A stretch of DNA of 63,839 nt, the filler included, from Acidimicrobiia bacterium (lineage in GTDB: Bacteria; Actinomycetota; Acidimicrobiia; Spongiisociales; JAENVV01), in NCBI GenBank assembly GCA_041577335.1. It is 3 parts of 3 records of this genome, joined end to end, with 100 filler letters (N's around TTAATTAATTAA, not from the genome) between each part and the next. Parts side by side here need not be neighbours in the genome. Positions count along the whole stretch, not along the records: positions 1 to 23,550 come from JBFGJH010000055.1; positions 23,651 to 46,501 come from JBFGJH010000056.1; 1 more part is not named here. One strand, written 5' to 3'. Below the pieces are notes generated by a model, which searched no databases, was not told the DNA's origin, and saw nothing but the letters and a program-made list of their open reading frames with translations. This document shows, piece by piece, positions 20,263 through 30,464 of this stretch. Positions within the stretch are counted from its first letter, which is position 1; each line of letters starts with the position of its first letter. Position numbers and translations under genes: made by a program.

Positions 20263-20835
20263 GAGAGGCTAGATGTATCCAACTGGATCTTGGGTGGCGA
20301 CTCGTGAGCATTTTGGCGGCCAACGCTCCACCCGCTGAGCACGAACCTACCCATCCTGATGATCAACTCACCCCAATGTAAGTCGTTCAGCCAGTCAGAG
20401 TTGCGCACCCATAATCACGCCCACCGAACCCCCCACAAACCGGATCAACATGCGCGAGAACCGGCAATCTGGAGCGGGTCGGAGGGTTCGTCTTGCACCG
20501 TGCCGATCCAACGGCCCGAAGTGGGAACCGGCATGCCTTGCCGGGCGTCGAACACGGAGGCCGGGAAATGGGAACGGAAACCATGACCGACCCAATGCAC
20601 TCCTTGGACGGCGTTGAGCCTCGCCTGGACGGCTGACCCAACGTCGTCGAGCGCAGCGCAGGGCGTTCCTCGCGGAGTAGGTTTCCCATAGCGCGGGATT
20701 GTTTTGCCACCGTCGGCAGCAGCAGATCCAGGGTGCTCTGCAGAAGGGAAGCCGAACGTTCGAAGACGTGCCGGCTGCGCCCTCCCGAGCGGGGCGAGAC
20801 GGTCCAGAAAACCTGGGCGACGAATGGAGGATCAG

Positions 20836-21117
20836 ATGCCCAAATACGTGAGCTTGTTCAACTACACCGGCAAGATCGAGGGTGGCGGCCCGGAACGCTT
20901 CGCACAAGCCCAACAGATCGTTGCCGCAGAGGGCTGTGAGATCGACTCGGTGTACGGCCTCCTCGGTGCCTACGACATCGTTACGGTTATCGATTGCCCC
21001 GACAGTCGCGCTGCGATGAAGGTAGCGGCGAAGGTCGGCAATCTGATCGGCGCCCGATCGCAAACGATGCAGGCAGTAGATCGAGATGACTTCCTCCAAA
21101 TGCTGACCGAGCTATAG
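20836..21117 (+). CDS. GYD domain-containing protein
   Basis: MPKYVSLFNYT...LGAYDIV; GGAGG RBS before ATG 20836. Confidence 0.85.
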   Translation: MPKYVSLFNYTGKIEGGGPERFAQAQQIVAAEGCEIDSVYGLLGAYDIVTVIDCPDSRAAMKVAAKVGNLIGARSQTMQAVDRDDFLQMLTEL

Positions 21118-21388
21118 CAGGACAGTTGCCGCCCGGATGTTGTACAGCCTGCCGACCTAGACGCCGCGCCCAGCTCCGGCAGCACCGATCCCGACGAAAG
21201 CGCCGACCGCGGGGTCGAGCCGGCACTCTCCCCGAGGTCAGGTGGTGGAGGGCTGCTCGTAGGATCGCAGCCGGGCAGATCCTGAGTTGCGATGATGCCT
21301 CCCAGACCGTTAGCCAGTGACAAGCGCAGACGTCGCGATATGCGTGGCCCGGACTGGATTGGCCTGGTATCTCTTGGCCCCACGTGGA

Positions 21389-21907
21389 TCAGATCGTGGA
21401 TCGCTTTGGCGGTGGCAGCTTGTCGAGGGCAGTAGAGAGTTCCTGGAGGGAGTCCAGAACTCGGCGCAGGTTCTCTTCCCCGAATTCCACGGCTAGCTGG
21501 TGTGCGAGATCGGCGTGGGCTGGTGCGATTGCTCGTACGGCGGACCTGCCCTCGTCGGTGGGTGTCAGTAGTTTGGCGCGGCGGTGAGCGGGGTTCGGTT
21601 GGTACTCGGCCAGCCCGTCGTCTACGAGGCGGTCGGCGACCCTTTGGACACTCTGACGTGAGGTGCCTACCAGCCGGGAGATGTCTGCAACGGATAGGGG
21701 GTCTCTGAGGACGGTGGCTAGAACCTGCCACCAGGCTGCGGTGAGACCGACGGGCCCCGCCAGCTCTTCGGCGATTGCTAGTGCCTGACCGTTGAGGCGA
21801 AACACCGTCTTGGCTATGCCACTGAAGAGCCGCTGCTGTTCCGTTGGTCGGTGTGGCCGGGACAAGCCTTCATCCGTCGATCTCGTTGATTCGGGAAGGG
21901 TCACCAT
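21389..21907 (-). CDS. MarR family transcriptional regulator
   Basis: GLTAAWWQVL, SRQSVQRVADRL, NPAHRRAKL winged helix. Confidence 0.88.
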   Translation of the reverse strand: MVTLPESTRSTDEGLSRPHRPTEQQRLFSGIAKTVFRLNGQALAIAEELAGPVGLTAAWWQVLATVLRDPLSVADISRLVGTSRQSVQRVADRLVDDGLAEYQPNPAHRRAKLLTPTDEGRSAVRAIAPAHADLAHQLAVEFGEENLRRVLDSLQELSTALDKLPPPKRSTI

Positions 21908-21924
21908 CGAATCGCTCCTTGCCT

Positions 21925-21962
21925 ATTGACAGCATGCTGTCTATATGACAGTATATTACCAA
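21925..21962. promoter_or_regulatory. Putative MarR operator(s) overlapping divergent promoters
   Basis: Perfect palindrome GACAGCATGCTGTC (21928-21941) overlapping TTGACA, then a degenerate copy TGACAGTATATTACCA, between marR and the VOC gene. Confidence 0.7.
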
Positions 21963-21983
21963 TCGCTCAATGAGGAGGCAAGG

Positions 21984-22361
21984 ATGGTCCAGACGAGACG
22001 AGTTTTTGCAAGCTTCTCGGTGGACGACATCGAGTCAGCGAGGCAGTTCTACGTCGAGACGTTGGATCTAGAGGTGGAGCAGGGGGGCGAAGATGGCCCT
22101 CTCTTTCTCCATGGTCCAGACCGCAGCGCAACGCTGGTGTACCTCAAGCGGGACCATCAACCAGCAGCGTTCACGGTCCTCAACCTCTCCGTCGAGGACA
22201 TCCAGACCGCCGTGGAAGAGTTGGCTTCAAAAGGCGTCGAGTTCCTGCGCTACCCCGGAATCGATGCGAATGAACAAGGGATCCACAGGAGCAACGGCCA
22301 CTCCATAGCCTGGTTCAAGGACCCTGCTGGAAACGGACTGTCACTCGTTCAAGAGTCGTAG
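21984..22361 (+). CDS. VOC/glyoxalase family protein
   Basis: FSVDDIESARQFY, FTVLNL, AWFKDPAGN; GAGGAGG RBS. Confidence 0.88.
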   Translation: MVQTRRVFASFSVDDIESARQFYVETLDLEVEQGGEDGPLFLHGPDRSATLVYLKRDHQPAAFTVLNLSVEDIQTAVEELASKGVEFLRYPGIDANEQGIHRSNGHSIAWFKDPAGNGLSLVQES

Positions 22362-22510
22362 CCCGCTCACCCTTGAATAGCGCCTCACCGGCAATCGGAA
22401 AGACTGGAGACCGGCCCGCGACAAGGAGCACAGCGTGCCGCTATGGACGGTCTGTGACACCATTAATGGGTGGCCGCGTAGGCTCAGCGGTGGCGGAGTG
22501 AGAAGTGCAA

Positions 22511-22959
22511 ATGAAGGTTGAAGTCTCCCAAGTCATCGACAGACCGGTGGCGACGGTCTTTCAGTTGTACGCCCACGACCATGTTCGGAACCACCCCCGT
22601 TGGGACCCGATGATGGAACTAGAGCAGATCAGCGACGGTCCTATTGGCGTCGGGACTGTGATCCGTCGACGTAACACCCATTTCGGTGATCCGGTCGAGG
22701 GAACGATGAGGTCACCGAGTTCGAGGAGAACCATGCCATGGGAGTTGTCATCCATGACGGTGAAACAGAGACTTTCGGTCGTATGGCCTGTGAGCCTCTG
22801 GGTGCTGACCAGACGCGGATGTTCATCAGTGCGGACATGCCATGGCTCGACGATCCCGACGCTTCGTCCCGGCTGGAGGGGATGATCCAAGGGACCGCCG
22901 ACAACATCGGACGCTCGTCGAATCTGAAACCTGAACAAGGCGCGCTGGTGGTGCGATGA
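22511..22959 (+). pseudogene. SRPBCC/polyketide cyclase family protein, frameshifted
   Basis: IDRPVATVF...HPRWDP...GPIGVGT in one frame; continues EVTEFEENHAMG in another frame after a 1-nt shift near 22707 (ATGAGGTC for ATG GAG GTC). Confidence 0.65.
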
Positions 22960-23057
22960 GCGGCTGAGAGAGTTCCGCTCGGATCGTTGATTCGATGCTC
23001 GTCGGCCCAAGCAGCTCTCCAGAATCCAATCGATTCCTGATTCGAATGGCCGGCCAG

Positions 23058-23549
23058 TTACATGCGGAAGACGCCGAAGGCGTCGGTTCCCTTGACCGGC
23101 CCGTTGTGGACCGCCGACAACGCCATCGCCAGCACGGTGCGGGTGTCGCGCGGATCGATGATGCCGTCGTCTCGAACCCGGGAGGAATGGAAGTACGGAA
23201 CCGACTCGTCTTCGATCTGAGTCTCGATCGCCTGGCGCATCGCCGCGTCGGCAGCTTCGTCTATGGCTTCGCCGCGGGCTTCGGCGGCGGCACGGGTGAT
23301 GATCGACATGACGCCCGACAACTGCTCCGCCCCCATGACGGCACTGCGATACGACGGCCAGCCGAACAAGAACCGGGGATCGTAGGCCCGGCCGGCCATG
23401 CCGTAGTTGCCGGCGCCGTACGACGAGCCGATCATCAGTGTGATGTGCGGCACCGTGGAGTTGGCAACGGCGTTCACCATTTTGGCGCCGTCCTTGATGA
23501 TGCCCCGCTGCTCGTAATCCTTGCCCACCATGTAGCCGGTGGTGTTCTG
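23058..23549 (-). CDS. Acyl-CoA carboxylase beta (carboxyltransferase) subunit, cut by contig end
   Basis: [47 protein letters not shown]. Confidence 0.9.
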   Translation of the reverse strand, partial: QNTTGYMVGKDYEQRGIIKDGAKMVNAVANSTVPHITLMIGSSYGAGNYGMAGRAYDPRFLFGWPSYRSAVMGAEQLSGVMSIITRAAAEARGEAIDEAADAAMRQAIETQIEDESVPYFHSSRVRDDGIIDPRDTRTVLAMALSAVHNGPVKGTDAFGVFRM

Positions 23550-23550
23550 C

Positions 23551-23650
23551 NNNNNNNNNNNNNNNNNNNNNNNNNNNNNNNNNNNNNNNNNNNNTTAATT
23601 AATTAANNNNNNNNNNNNNNNNNNNNNNNNNNNNNNNNNNNNNNNNNNNN
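23551..23650. other. Artificial contig linker
   Basis: N run + TTAATTAATTAA (stops in all six frames) + N run. Confidence 0.97.
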
Positions 23651-23962
23651 CTCGGCTCCTCTCATCTGACCCGGTCGGAGACCGGCTGCTTTGGTGATGC
23701 CCCGAACGCTAGTGGCCCCAATACCGAGTTGGGCTCCTCCGGCACCTTCACCGCATACGAGGCGTGGTCCGGCTATGGTCGCCGGGATTCCGTTGTGCGG
23801 AGCTGGGATGGCTGAGAACACATTGCCGCACGGCATTCATCACGCGCACGCTCCGGCGGAAGTTGGCGCAACATCGAACGCCTCCGCGGCGCGGTTGTCC
23901 TCCGCCCTGTCGGCGGCGAGTTGGTTCTCAGCGGAAACGCATGTCGACGGCGGCGACCCGGC

Positions 23963-24733
23963 ATGACTCGGCTCATGCATCCACTGGCGGCTTCTCATCG
24001 CATCGAGGGATCATCCGGCGAGGTCTTCGTCGGGGTGCACGGATTCACCGGAACGCCTGCCCATCTGCGGATGCTCGGTGAGCACATCAACCGCACTCAT
24101 GGCCATACCGTGCTCTTGCCTCGGTTGGCCGGCCATGGAACGTCCCTGGAGGACATGGCCGCGACCGGCCGTCACCACTGGTCGGGTTCCGTGAATGACG
24201 CTCTGCGCATGGCGTTCGGCCTCAGTGACCGGGTGCATCTCTTCGGATTCTCGATGGGAGGCCTGTTGACGGTGCGGGCGGCTGCGGCGTTTCCTGTTGC
24301 CACGCTATCGACGCTCAACACCCCGACGGTGCACAGAAATCGGCAAATCCACGCCGCCCGGTTCGTGGCGCCGTTCAAGAAATACCGGATGTGGGCACAG
24401 GGAGGCGACGAGCCAGAAGCCGATGCTGCGCAGTACTGGATTCACTACGCCGGCATGCCCACAGCCGGCATCGTGCAGGTCGCCGAGCTGCGTGACGAAG
24501 CTCTGGCGGTGGCGCATTCGGTAACGGCTCCCACCTTGGTGATCCAGTCGAAGGTCGACGAGACCGTACGGGCGGAGAGCGCCGGGCGGCTTGCCCATGC
24601 GCTCGCCGAAGCAGATGTCTCCGTGGTTTGGCTGGAGAGGTCGCCCCACAATGCGTTGCTCTTCGACGAGCGGCCGGTGATTCACGCGGCCATCTCGGCC
24701 CACCTGCAAGCGTCCCGTCAAGGCGCGATCTGA
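23963..24733 (+). CDS. Carboxylesterase / alpha-beta hydrolase
   Basis: HGFTG, PRLAGHG, GFSMGG, DETV, SPH catalytic triad pattern. Confidence 0.87.
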   Translation: MTRLMHPLAASHRIEGSSGEVFVGVHGFTGTPAHLRMLGEHINRTHGHTVLLPRLAGHGTSLEDMAATGRHHWSGSVNDALRMAFGLSDRVHLFGFSMGGLLTVRAAAAFPVATLSTLNTPTVHRNRQIHAARFVAPFKKYRMWAQGGDEPEADAAQYWIHYAGMPTAGIVQVAELRDEALAVAHSVTAPTLVIQSKVDETVRAESAGRLAHALAEADVSVVWLERSPHNALLFDERPVIHAAISAHLQASRQGAI

Positions 24734-24764
24734 TCATGAAGCGGCTGGGCCTACAATTCCCGCC

Positions 24765-25055
24765 ATGCCGATCGACATTGACATTGCCCACGTGGCCAGA
24801 CTGGCGAGGTTGGGCCTGAACGACGAGGAACTGGTGCGGTATCGCGAGCAGCTCGGAGTGATCCTCGACCATGCTGCCCGGGTGCAGGCGGCTGACACCG
24901 ACGGAGTACCGCCGACTGCCCACCCGTTGCCGATGGTGAACGCCTTCCGTGAAGATGTCGTCGGTCCCAGCCTCCCCAACGCGGTGGCGCTCGACCAGGC
25001 TCCCGATGCTCACGACGGTTACTTTCGGGTGCCTCCTGCTCTGGAAACCGAATGA
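24765..25055 (+). CDS. gatC: Asp/Glu-tRNA amidotransferase subunit C
   Basis: HVARLARL, PTAHP, NAFRED, YFRVP; overlaps gatA. Confidence 0.93.
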   Translation: MPIDIDIAHVARLARLGLNDEELVRYREQLGVILDHAARVQAADTDGVPPTAHPLPMVNAFREDVVGPSLPNAVALDQAPDAHDGYFRVPPALETE

Positions 25056-26521
25056 CTGATCTGGTGGATCTGACCATCGTCGAGGCCGCGGCCGCTCTCG
25101 AAGAAGGATCGACCTCGGCCGTCGAGCTCCTCGAGGCGGTGCTGGATCGAGCCGCGTTGACCGAGGCTGATCTCCACGCATATCTCACCATCGACCATGG
25201 GGGCGCTCGTGCGGCGGCTGCCGCTGCCGACGAGGCGCGTGCCCGTGGTGACGCCCGCCCATTGCTGGGCATCCCGGTCGCCGTGAAAGACAACATGACC
25301 ACGGCCGGTCTGCCGACGACTGCGTCTTCGAAGATCCTCGAGGGCTACATACCTCCCTACGACGGAACGGTCGTGAAGCGCCTGCGTGAGGCGGGAGCGG
25401 TCATCGTGGGCAAGACCAACCTCGACGAATTCGCAATGGGCTCGTCCACCGAGAATTCGGCGTACGGCCCGACTCGCAACCCCTACGACACGCACCGCGT
25501 ACCGGGCGGCTCGTCGGGCGGCTCGGCAGCGGCAGTTGCGGCCGGGTCGGCTCTCGGATCGTATGGATCCGATACGGGCGGCTCGATCCGCCAGCCGGCT
25601 GCGTTTTGTGGACTCGTAGGAGTGAAACCAACGTATGGATTGGTCTCACGCTATGGCCTGATCGCGTTCGCCTCATCGCTCGACCAGATCGGCCCGTTTG
25701 CAAAGACCGTCGACGATGCTGCGCTGCTGCTCGATGCCGTGAGCGGCCCGGACCCGATGGACTCCACCTCCTATCCAGGAGAACCTCCCCGGGTTGGCGG
25801 CGTCGAACACGAAGGGCCGGCCGGGCTGAAGGTCGGGGTTGCTCGTGAACTGTCGGGTGACGGCATCGAACCGGAGGTCGCGGACGCGTTCCGCCGCACG
25901 GTCGATCGACTCGCCGACGCAGGCGCCGAAATCTCCGAGGTATCCCTCCCGTCCACAGAGATCGCTCTCAGCGCCTATTACCTCATCGCTCCTGCCGAGT
26001 GTTCGGCGAATCTGGCCCGCTTCGACGGCGTGAGGTATGGATTGCGTGTTCCTGGTGAGACCGTGGAGGCGATGATGTCGGCCACGCGAGCCGAAGGTTT
26101 CGGGCCCGAAGTGACTCGGCGGGTTCTGCTCGGTACCTACGCCCTCTCGGCGGGCTATTACGACGCCTTTTACGGGCAAGCACAGCGGGTGCGGACCCTC
26201 ATCATTCGAGAGTTCGACGAGGCCTACCAGAAGGTCGATGTTCTCGTCTCGCCGACAACGCCGACTACCGCGTTCGAAGTCGGCGCCAAGACAACCGATC
26301 CGCTGTCGATGTACATGAGCGACGTGTGTACGGTGCCCACCAATCTGAGTGGCCAACCGTCGGCGTCGGTGCCGATAGGCGTCGATTCGCTGGGCCTGCC
26401 GATCGGGTTCCAGGTGATGAGCCCGGCGCTGGGGGAGCGGGTCTTGTTCCGGGCCATGAAGGCTGTCGAGGAAGTGGCCGAGCCGGTCGCCCGACCGCGC
26501 TTCTCCGAGGTTGCCTCGTGA
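25052..26521 (+). CDS. gatA: Asp/Glu-tRNA amidotransferase subunit A
   Basis: Amidase signature GKTNLDEFAMGSS, GGSSGGS, SDTGGSIRQP; RFDGVRYG. Confidence 0.96.
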   Translation: MTDLVDLTIVEAAAALEEGSTSAVELLEAVLDRAALTEADLHAYLTIDHGGARAAAAAADEARARGDARPLLGIPVAVKDNMTTAGLPTTASSKILEGYIPPYDGTVVKRLREAGAVIVGKTNLDEFAMGSSTENSAYGPTRNPYDTHRVPGGSSGGSAAAVAAGSALGSYGSDTGGSIRQPAAFCGLVGVKPTYGLVSRYGLIAFASSLDQIGPFAKTVDDAALLLDAVSGPDPMDSTSYPGEPPRVGGVEHEGPAGLKVGVARELSGDGIEPEVADAFRRTVDRLADAGAEISEVSLPSTEIALSAYYLIAPAECSANLARFDGVRYGLRVPGETVEAMMSATRAEGFGPEVTRRVLLGTYALSAGYYDAFYGQAQRVRTLIIREFDEAYQKVDVLVSPTTPTTAFEVGAKTTDPLSMYMSDVCTVPTNLSGQPSASVPIGVDSLGLPIGFQVMSPALGERVLFRAMKAVEEVAEPVARPRFSEVAS

Positions 26522-27966
26522 CTTGGGAACCCGTCGTCGGAATCGAGGTCCACGTCGAGCTCAAGACCCATTCGAAGATGTTCTGCAGCTGCCGAGTCGA
26601 CTTCGATTCGGAGCCCAACACGAACGTGTGCCCGGTCTGCCTCGGCCTTCCGGGAGCGCTGCCCGTGACGAATCGTCGCGCCATCGAGTGGATTTCGAAG
26701 ATCGGCATGGCACTGAGCTGTGAGATCTCGACTCGATCGCAGTTTCACCGCAAGAACTACTTCTATGCCGATCAGCCCAAGAATTATCAGATCTCCCAAT
26801 TCGATATCCCGGTGTGTCACGATGGCGTGCTCGAGGTGGAAGTCGATGGTGCTCCGACGACGGTGCGGATCAATCGCGCTCATATGGAGGAGGACACCGG
26901 GAAATCAATTCACCTCGGAGACGGCGGCCGAATTCATTCGGCCACGGCAACGCTCCTCGATTTCAATCGGGCAGGGGTTCCCCTCGTCGAGATCGTCTCG
27001 GAGCCTGACATCTACTCGGCCGCTCAGGCCCGCGCATATGCCCAGACCCTTCGGTCTCTGATTGCAACGCTCGACGTGTCCGACGCCAAGCTGGAAGAGG
27101 GCAGCATCCGTTTTGACGCCAACGTGTCGATTCGACCGACTGGTTCGGATGTGCTCGGCACCAAGGTCGAAATCAAGAACATGAACTCATTCCGCTCGCT
27201 CGAAAAGGCCATCGAGTACGAGATTCGACGCCAGACGAGCGTCATGGAGGCGGGTGGAACACTGCATCAGGAGACTCGCCATTGGGATGAAGAAGAGAGC
27301 GTGACACATGGCATGCGATCCAAGGAGGAGAGCTCCGACTATCGCTACTTCCCTGAGCCCGATCTGCTGCCCATCGAGGTGGACGAAGACTGGCAGGCCG
27401 AGATCCGGTCCACGCTTCCTGAGCTTCCCGGGGCACGCAAAGCTCGATATGTCGCGCTTGGTCTCGATGCTCAAACAGCAGGCGTATTGATCGCATCCGA
27501 CGGAGGTATGTCCGCCTTGTTCGAGGACGCCGTCTCCTCCGGGGCGGACCCCACCGCCGCCGCCAACTGGGTGACAGGGGAGGTCACGGCGCACCTGCGG
27601 CGAGAGGAGGTCGCCGTGTCCGATGTCCCGCTCACTGGAGCTCATCTCGCCGAGCTCACTGCGATGGTCGATGACGGGCGATTGTCGGCTACCGCAGCCA
27701 AGGAGGCTTTGGCGGGCGTCTTGGGAGGCGAGGGATCGCCGACCGAGGTCGCCGAGCAACGTGACCTCATCCAGATCTCCGACACCGGCGCTCTCGAAGA
27801 GGCCGTCGACGCTGCAATTGCGGAGAACCAAGAAGACTATGAGCGACTCCGGGGCGGTGAAGACAAGCTCATCGGCTTCTTCGTCGGTCAGGTGATGCGG
27901 TCGTCGGGCGGCAAGGCTGATCCGAAAATGGTGACGGAGATCCTCCGACGTCGGCTGTCGGAGTGA
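26518..27966 (+). CDS. gatB: Asp/Glu-tRNA amidotransferase subunit B
   Basis: GTG start overlapping gatA stop; GIEVHVEL, CPVCLGLPG, RKNYFY, HMEEDTGK, DYRYFPEPDL, GQVM. Confidence 0.96.
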   Translation: MTWEPVVGIEVHVELKTHSKMFCSCRVDFDSEPNTNVCPVCLGLPGALPVTNRRAIEWISKIGMALSCEISTRSQFHRKNYFYADQPKNYQISQFDIPVCHDGVLEVEVDGAPTTVRINRAHMEEDTGKSIHLGDGGRIHSATATLLDFNRAGVPLVEIVSEPDIYSAAQARAYAQTLRSLIATLDVSDAKLEEGSIRFDANVSIRPTGSDVLGTKVEIKNMNSFRSLEKAIEYEIRRQTSVMEAGGTLHQETRHWDEEESVTHGMRSKEESSDYRYFPEPDLLPIEVDEDWQAEIRSTLPELPGARKARYVALGLDAQTAGVLIASDGGMSALFEDAVSSGADPTAAANWVTGEVTAHLRREEVAVSDVPLTGAHLAELTAMVDDGRLSATAAKEALAGVLGGEGSPTEVAEQRDLIQISDTGALEEAVDAAIAENQEDYERLRGGEDKLIGFFVGQVMRSSGGKADPKMVTEILRRRLSE

Positions 27967-28628
27967 AGTACCGGCCAATCGTCTTCGACTGCGATGGAGT
28001 GCTGGCCGACTCCGAATCACTCGGCTGGGAGGCGATGGAACGGACGCTGGGCCGCTACGGCGTGACCGTGTCGGACGCAGACATCAAAGCGCTCCACGGT
28101 GGTTCATTTCCCGACGACTACGCACACTTCGCCGCCCGCGGCTCGCTTCCGCCCCAAGATGCTTTCTGGGACGAGTTGAGTAACGAGATGTTCTCGCTGT
28201 TCGACGGTCAGCTCCAGGCATTCGAAGACGCCAAAGATACCTTGGAGAGCCTGACGGCCCGGGGTATCCAGCTGGCCGTGGCGTCGAACTCGCCGAGAGG
28301 CCGGCTCGAACAGACACTTGCCGCCACCGGGCTGGCGGACCTCTTTGACGTGACCGTGTCGGCTGATGACGTCGCCAACCCGAAGCCGGCTCCCGACCTG
28401 TATCTCCATTCTGCGCGTCTGCTCGGGGTCGAGGCCGGCCAATGTGTCGCCGTCGAAGACACTGTCGCCGGAGTTCTCTCTGCCAAGGCCGCAGGGATGT
28501 GGACGGTTCTGGTGAATCGAGGTGATGCCGATCTATCGCGAATGAGCCCCGACGCAGTCGTGCCCCGCCTCACCCCGGCGACCGTCATGCTCCCGGCGAC
28601 TTCGGCGTCGTCGGGCGAATCCGGCTAG
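27963..28628 (+). CDS. HAD family phosphatase
   Basis: FDCDGVLADS, ASNS, KPAPD, VED. Confidence 0.9.
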   Translation: MKYRPIVFDCDGVLADSESLGWEAMERTLGRYGVTVSDADIKALHGGSFPDDYAHFAARGSLPPQDAFWDELSNEMFSLFDGQLQAFEDAKDTLESLTARGIQLAVASNSPRGRLEQTLAATGLADLFDVTVSADDVANPKPAPDLYLHSARLLGVEAGQCVAVEDTVAGVLSAKAAGMWTVLVNRGDADLSRMSPDAVVPRLTPATVMLPATSASSGESG

Positions 28629-28639
28629 CGTCCTCGCCC

Positions 28640-28780
28640 ATGGAAAACATCCCTCTCTTCTTGTCGCTCGGAGCCGTGATCCTCGTCGCCTTTTGGATCA
28701 TCAAGAAGGCCGTGAAGCTGGCAATAGTGGGCGCCATCGCCGCGGTCGGGCTCTGGTTCTGGTTCACCCAAATCAATTAG
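28640..28780 (+). CDS. Small membrane protein (46 aa)
   Basis: MENIPLFLSLGAVILVAFWIIKKAVKLAIVGAIAAVGLWFWFTQIN*; two hydrophobic segments around KKAVK; fills the gap in a co-oriented run. Confidence 0.6.
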   Translation: MENIPLFLSLGAVILVAFWIIKKAVKLAIVGAIAAVGLWFWFTQIN

Positions 28781-28861
28781 TCGACGCTCGGCGCCGACCC
28801 GGTTGGGCGACGCCAATGTTGCCGATTTGCCTTCCTCACCTAGCGGATGAGAATACCTTTG

Positions 28862-30463
28862 ATGCAAGGCGCGGGAACCTCACAACGCCCCACGGTCGTT
28901 GTCGCTGAGACAATCGCCGATGCCGGTCTCAAGGCCCTGGCCGAGCACTGCGATGTCGTCGTGGCGGTGGGCATGGACCGTACCATGCTCCTCGAAACGC
29001 TCGGGAGTGCCCAGGGACTCGTCGTTCGCTCGGCCACCCAGGTCGACGCCGAGATGATTTCCGCCGCGCCGGAGTTACGTGTTATCGGGCGGGCTGGGAT
29101 CGGTGTCGACAACATCGACCTCGACGCCGCCACGGCCGCCGGCGTGATCGTCGTGAACGCTCCCGAGGCCAACACAATCTCAGCTGCCGAACATGCCATG
29201 GCGCTTCTCCTGGCCCAGGCACGCAAGATTCCGGAGGCGGACGCCAAGACCCGTGGTGGCTCCTGGGATCGCAAGAGCTTCCAGGGTGTCGAACTCCACG
29301 GCAAGACGCTTGGCATCATCGGGCTCGGCCGGATCGGGTTGCTCGTCGCCGAGCGGGCGCGCGGTTTTGGGATGCGTATCTTGGCGCATGATCCCTTTGT
29401 GAGCGCCGAGTCGGCACGGCGAAGCGGCGTCGACCTCGTTGACCTCGATCAACTGCTGTCGGAGTCCGATTTCATCACGATTCACCTGCCGCGAACCCGA
29501 GAGACGGAGGGCATGATCGGTGCAGCCGCGTTCGGCCGGATGAGATCCGGCGTGCGGATCATCAACACATCACGCGGGGGCATTGTCGACGAAAACGAGT
29601 TGGCCGAGGCAGTCCGCTCTGGCGTCGTGGCGGGGGCAGGACTCGATGTCTTCGCCTCGGAGCCGCTGGAAGACTCGCCACTGTTTTCGCTGCCACAGGT
29701 CGTTCTGACGCCCCACTTGGGAGCGTCGACCGTAGAGGCGCAGGACAAGGCAGGCGTTGACGTAGCCGACGCAGTAGCCGCGTCGTTGCGGGGCGAGCTC
29801 GTGCTGTCCGCCGTGAACGTCGATCTCGGTCACGAGGTCAGCGACGACGTGCGGTCCTTCCTGCCGATGATCGAGGACCTCGGCCAGGTGTTCGTATCAT
29901 TGGCGAAAGGAATCCCCGAGCGTTTCGCTATCCGCGCCGAGGGCAGAATCGCCGAATATCCGATGCGGCCGATGCGCCTGGCTGCCCTCAAGGGCGTTCT
30001 GGCCGACTCCTCGAGTGACCAGGTCTCGTACGTCAACGCTCCCGGCATCGCGGCTGCCCGTGGCCTCATCATCGAAGAAGAGAAATCGATCGAGGCCATA
30101 GATCATGTTTCACTGGTTCGGCTCGTGAGCCACAGTGGCGACCCTGTCTCGGTGGCTGGGACGGTCACCCGCAAGGGCCCGACTCTGGTCGAGGTGGAGG
30201 GGCTCGAGGTGGAGTTGCCGCTCTCCAAATACTTGCTCATCATTCGCAACGACGACGTGCCCGGACTCATCGGGAGGGTTGGGACACTGCTGGGCGACCG
30301 CCAAATCAATATTGCCGACATGGTGGTTGGCCGCGAGCCCGGCTCGAATGAGCCGGCCATGATGGGCCTCAGCCTCGACCAGACCCTGGTCGAGGACGAT
30401 GTACAGGCATTGCGGGCGCTCGACGGAGTCGTGACCGCTCGATTCGTCGAGCTGCCTCGCTGA
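28862..30463 (+). CDS. serA: D-3-phosphoglycerate dehydrogenase
   Basis: RAGIGVDN, GLGRIG, SRGG, LDVF, TPHLGAST, C-terminal ACT domain; start may be 28847. Confidence 0.95.
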   Translation: MQGAGTSQRPTVVVAETIADAGLKALAEHCDVVVAVGMDRTMLLETLGSAQGLVVRSATQVDAEMISAAPELRVIGRAGIGVDNIDLDAATAAGVIVVNAPEANTISAAEHAMALLLAQARKIPEADAKTRGGSWDRKSFQGVELHGKTLGIIGLGRIGLLVAERARGFGMRILAHDPFVSAESARRSGVDLVDLDQLLSESDFITIHLPRTRETEGMIGAAAFGRMRSGVRIINTSRGGIVDENELAEAVRSGVVAGAGLDVFASEPLEDSPLFSLPQVVLTPHLGASTVEAQDKAGVDVADAVAASLRGELVLSAVNVDLGHEVSDDVRSFLPMIEDLGQVFVSLAKGIPERFAIRAEGRIAEYPMRPMRLAALKGVLADSSSDQVSYVNAPGIAAARGLIIEEEKSIEAIDHVSLVRLVSHSGDPVSVAGTVTRKGPTLVEVEGLEVELPLSKYLLIIRNDDVPGLIGRVGTLLGDRQINIADMVVGREPGSNEPAMMGLSLDQTLVEDDVQALRALDGVVTARFVELPR

Positions 30464-30464
30464 C

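Noticed and set aside
23551..23650. TTAATTAATTAA flanked by Ns, repeated at 46502-46601
   Set aside because: Artificial six-frame-stop contig spacer, not biological; gene adjacency across it cannot be interpreted
23651..23966. ORF ending in an ATGA overlap with the esterase
   Set aside because: No motif, in-frame stop at 23667 and contig edge; cannot be supported as a gene
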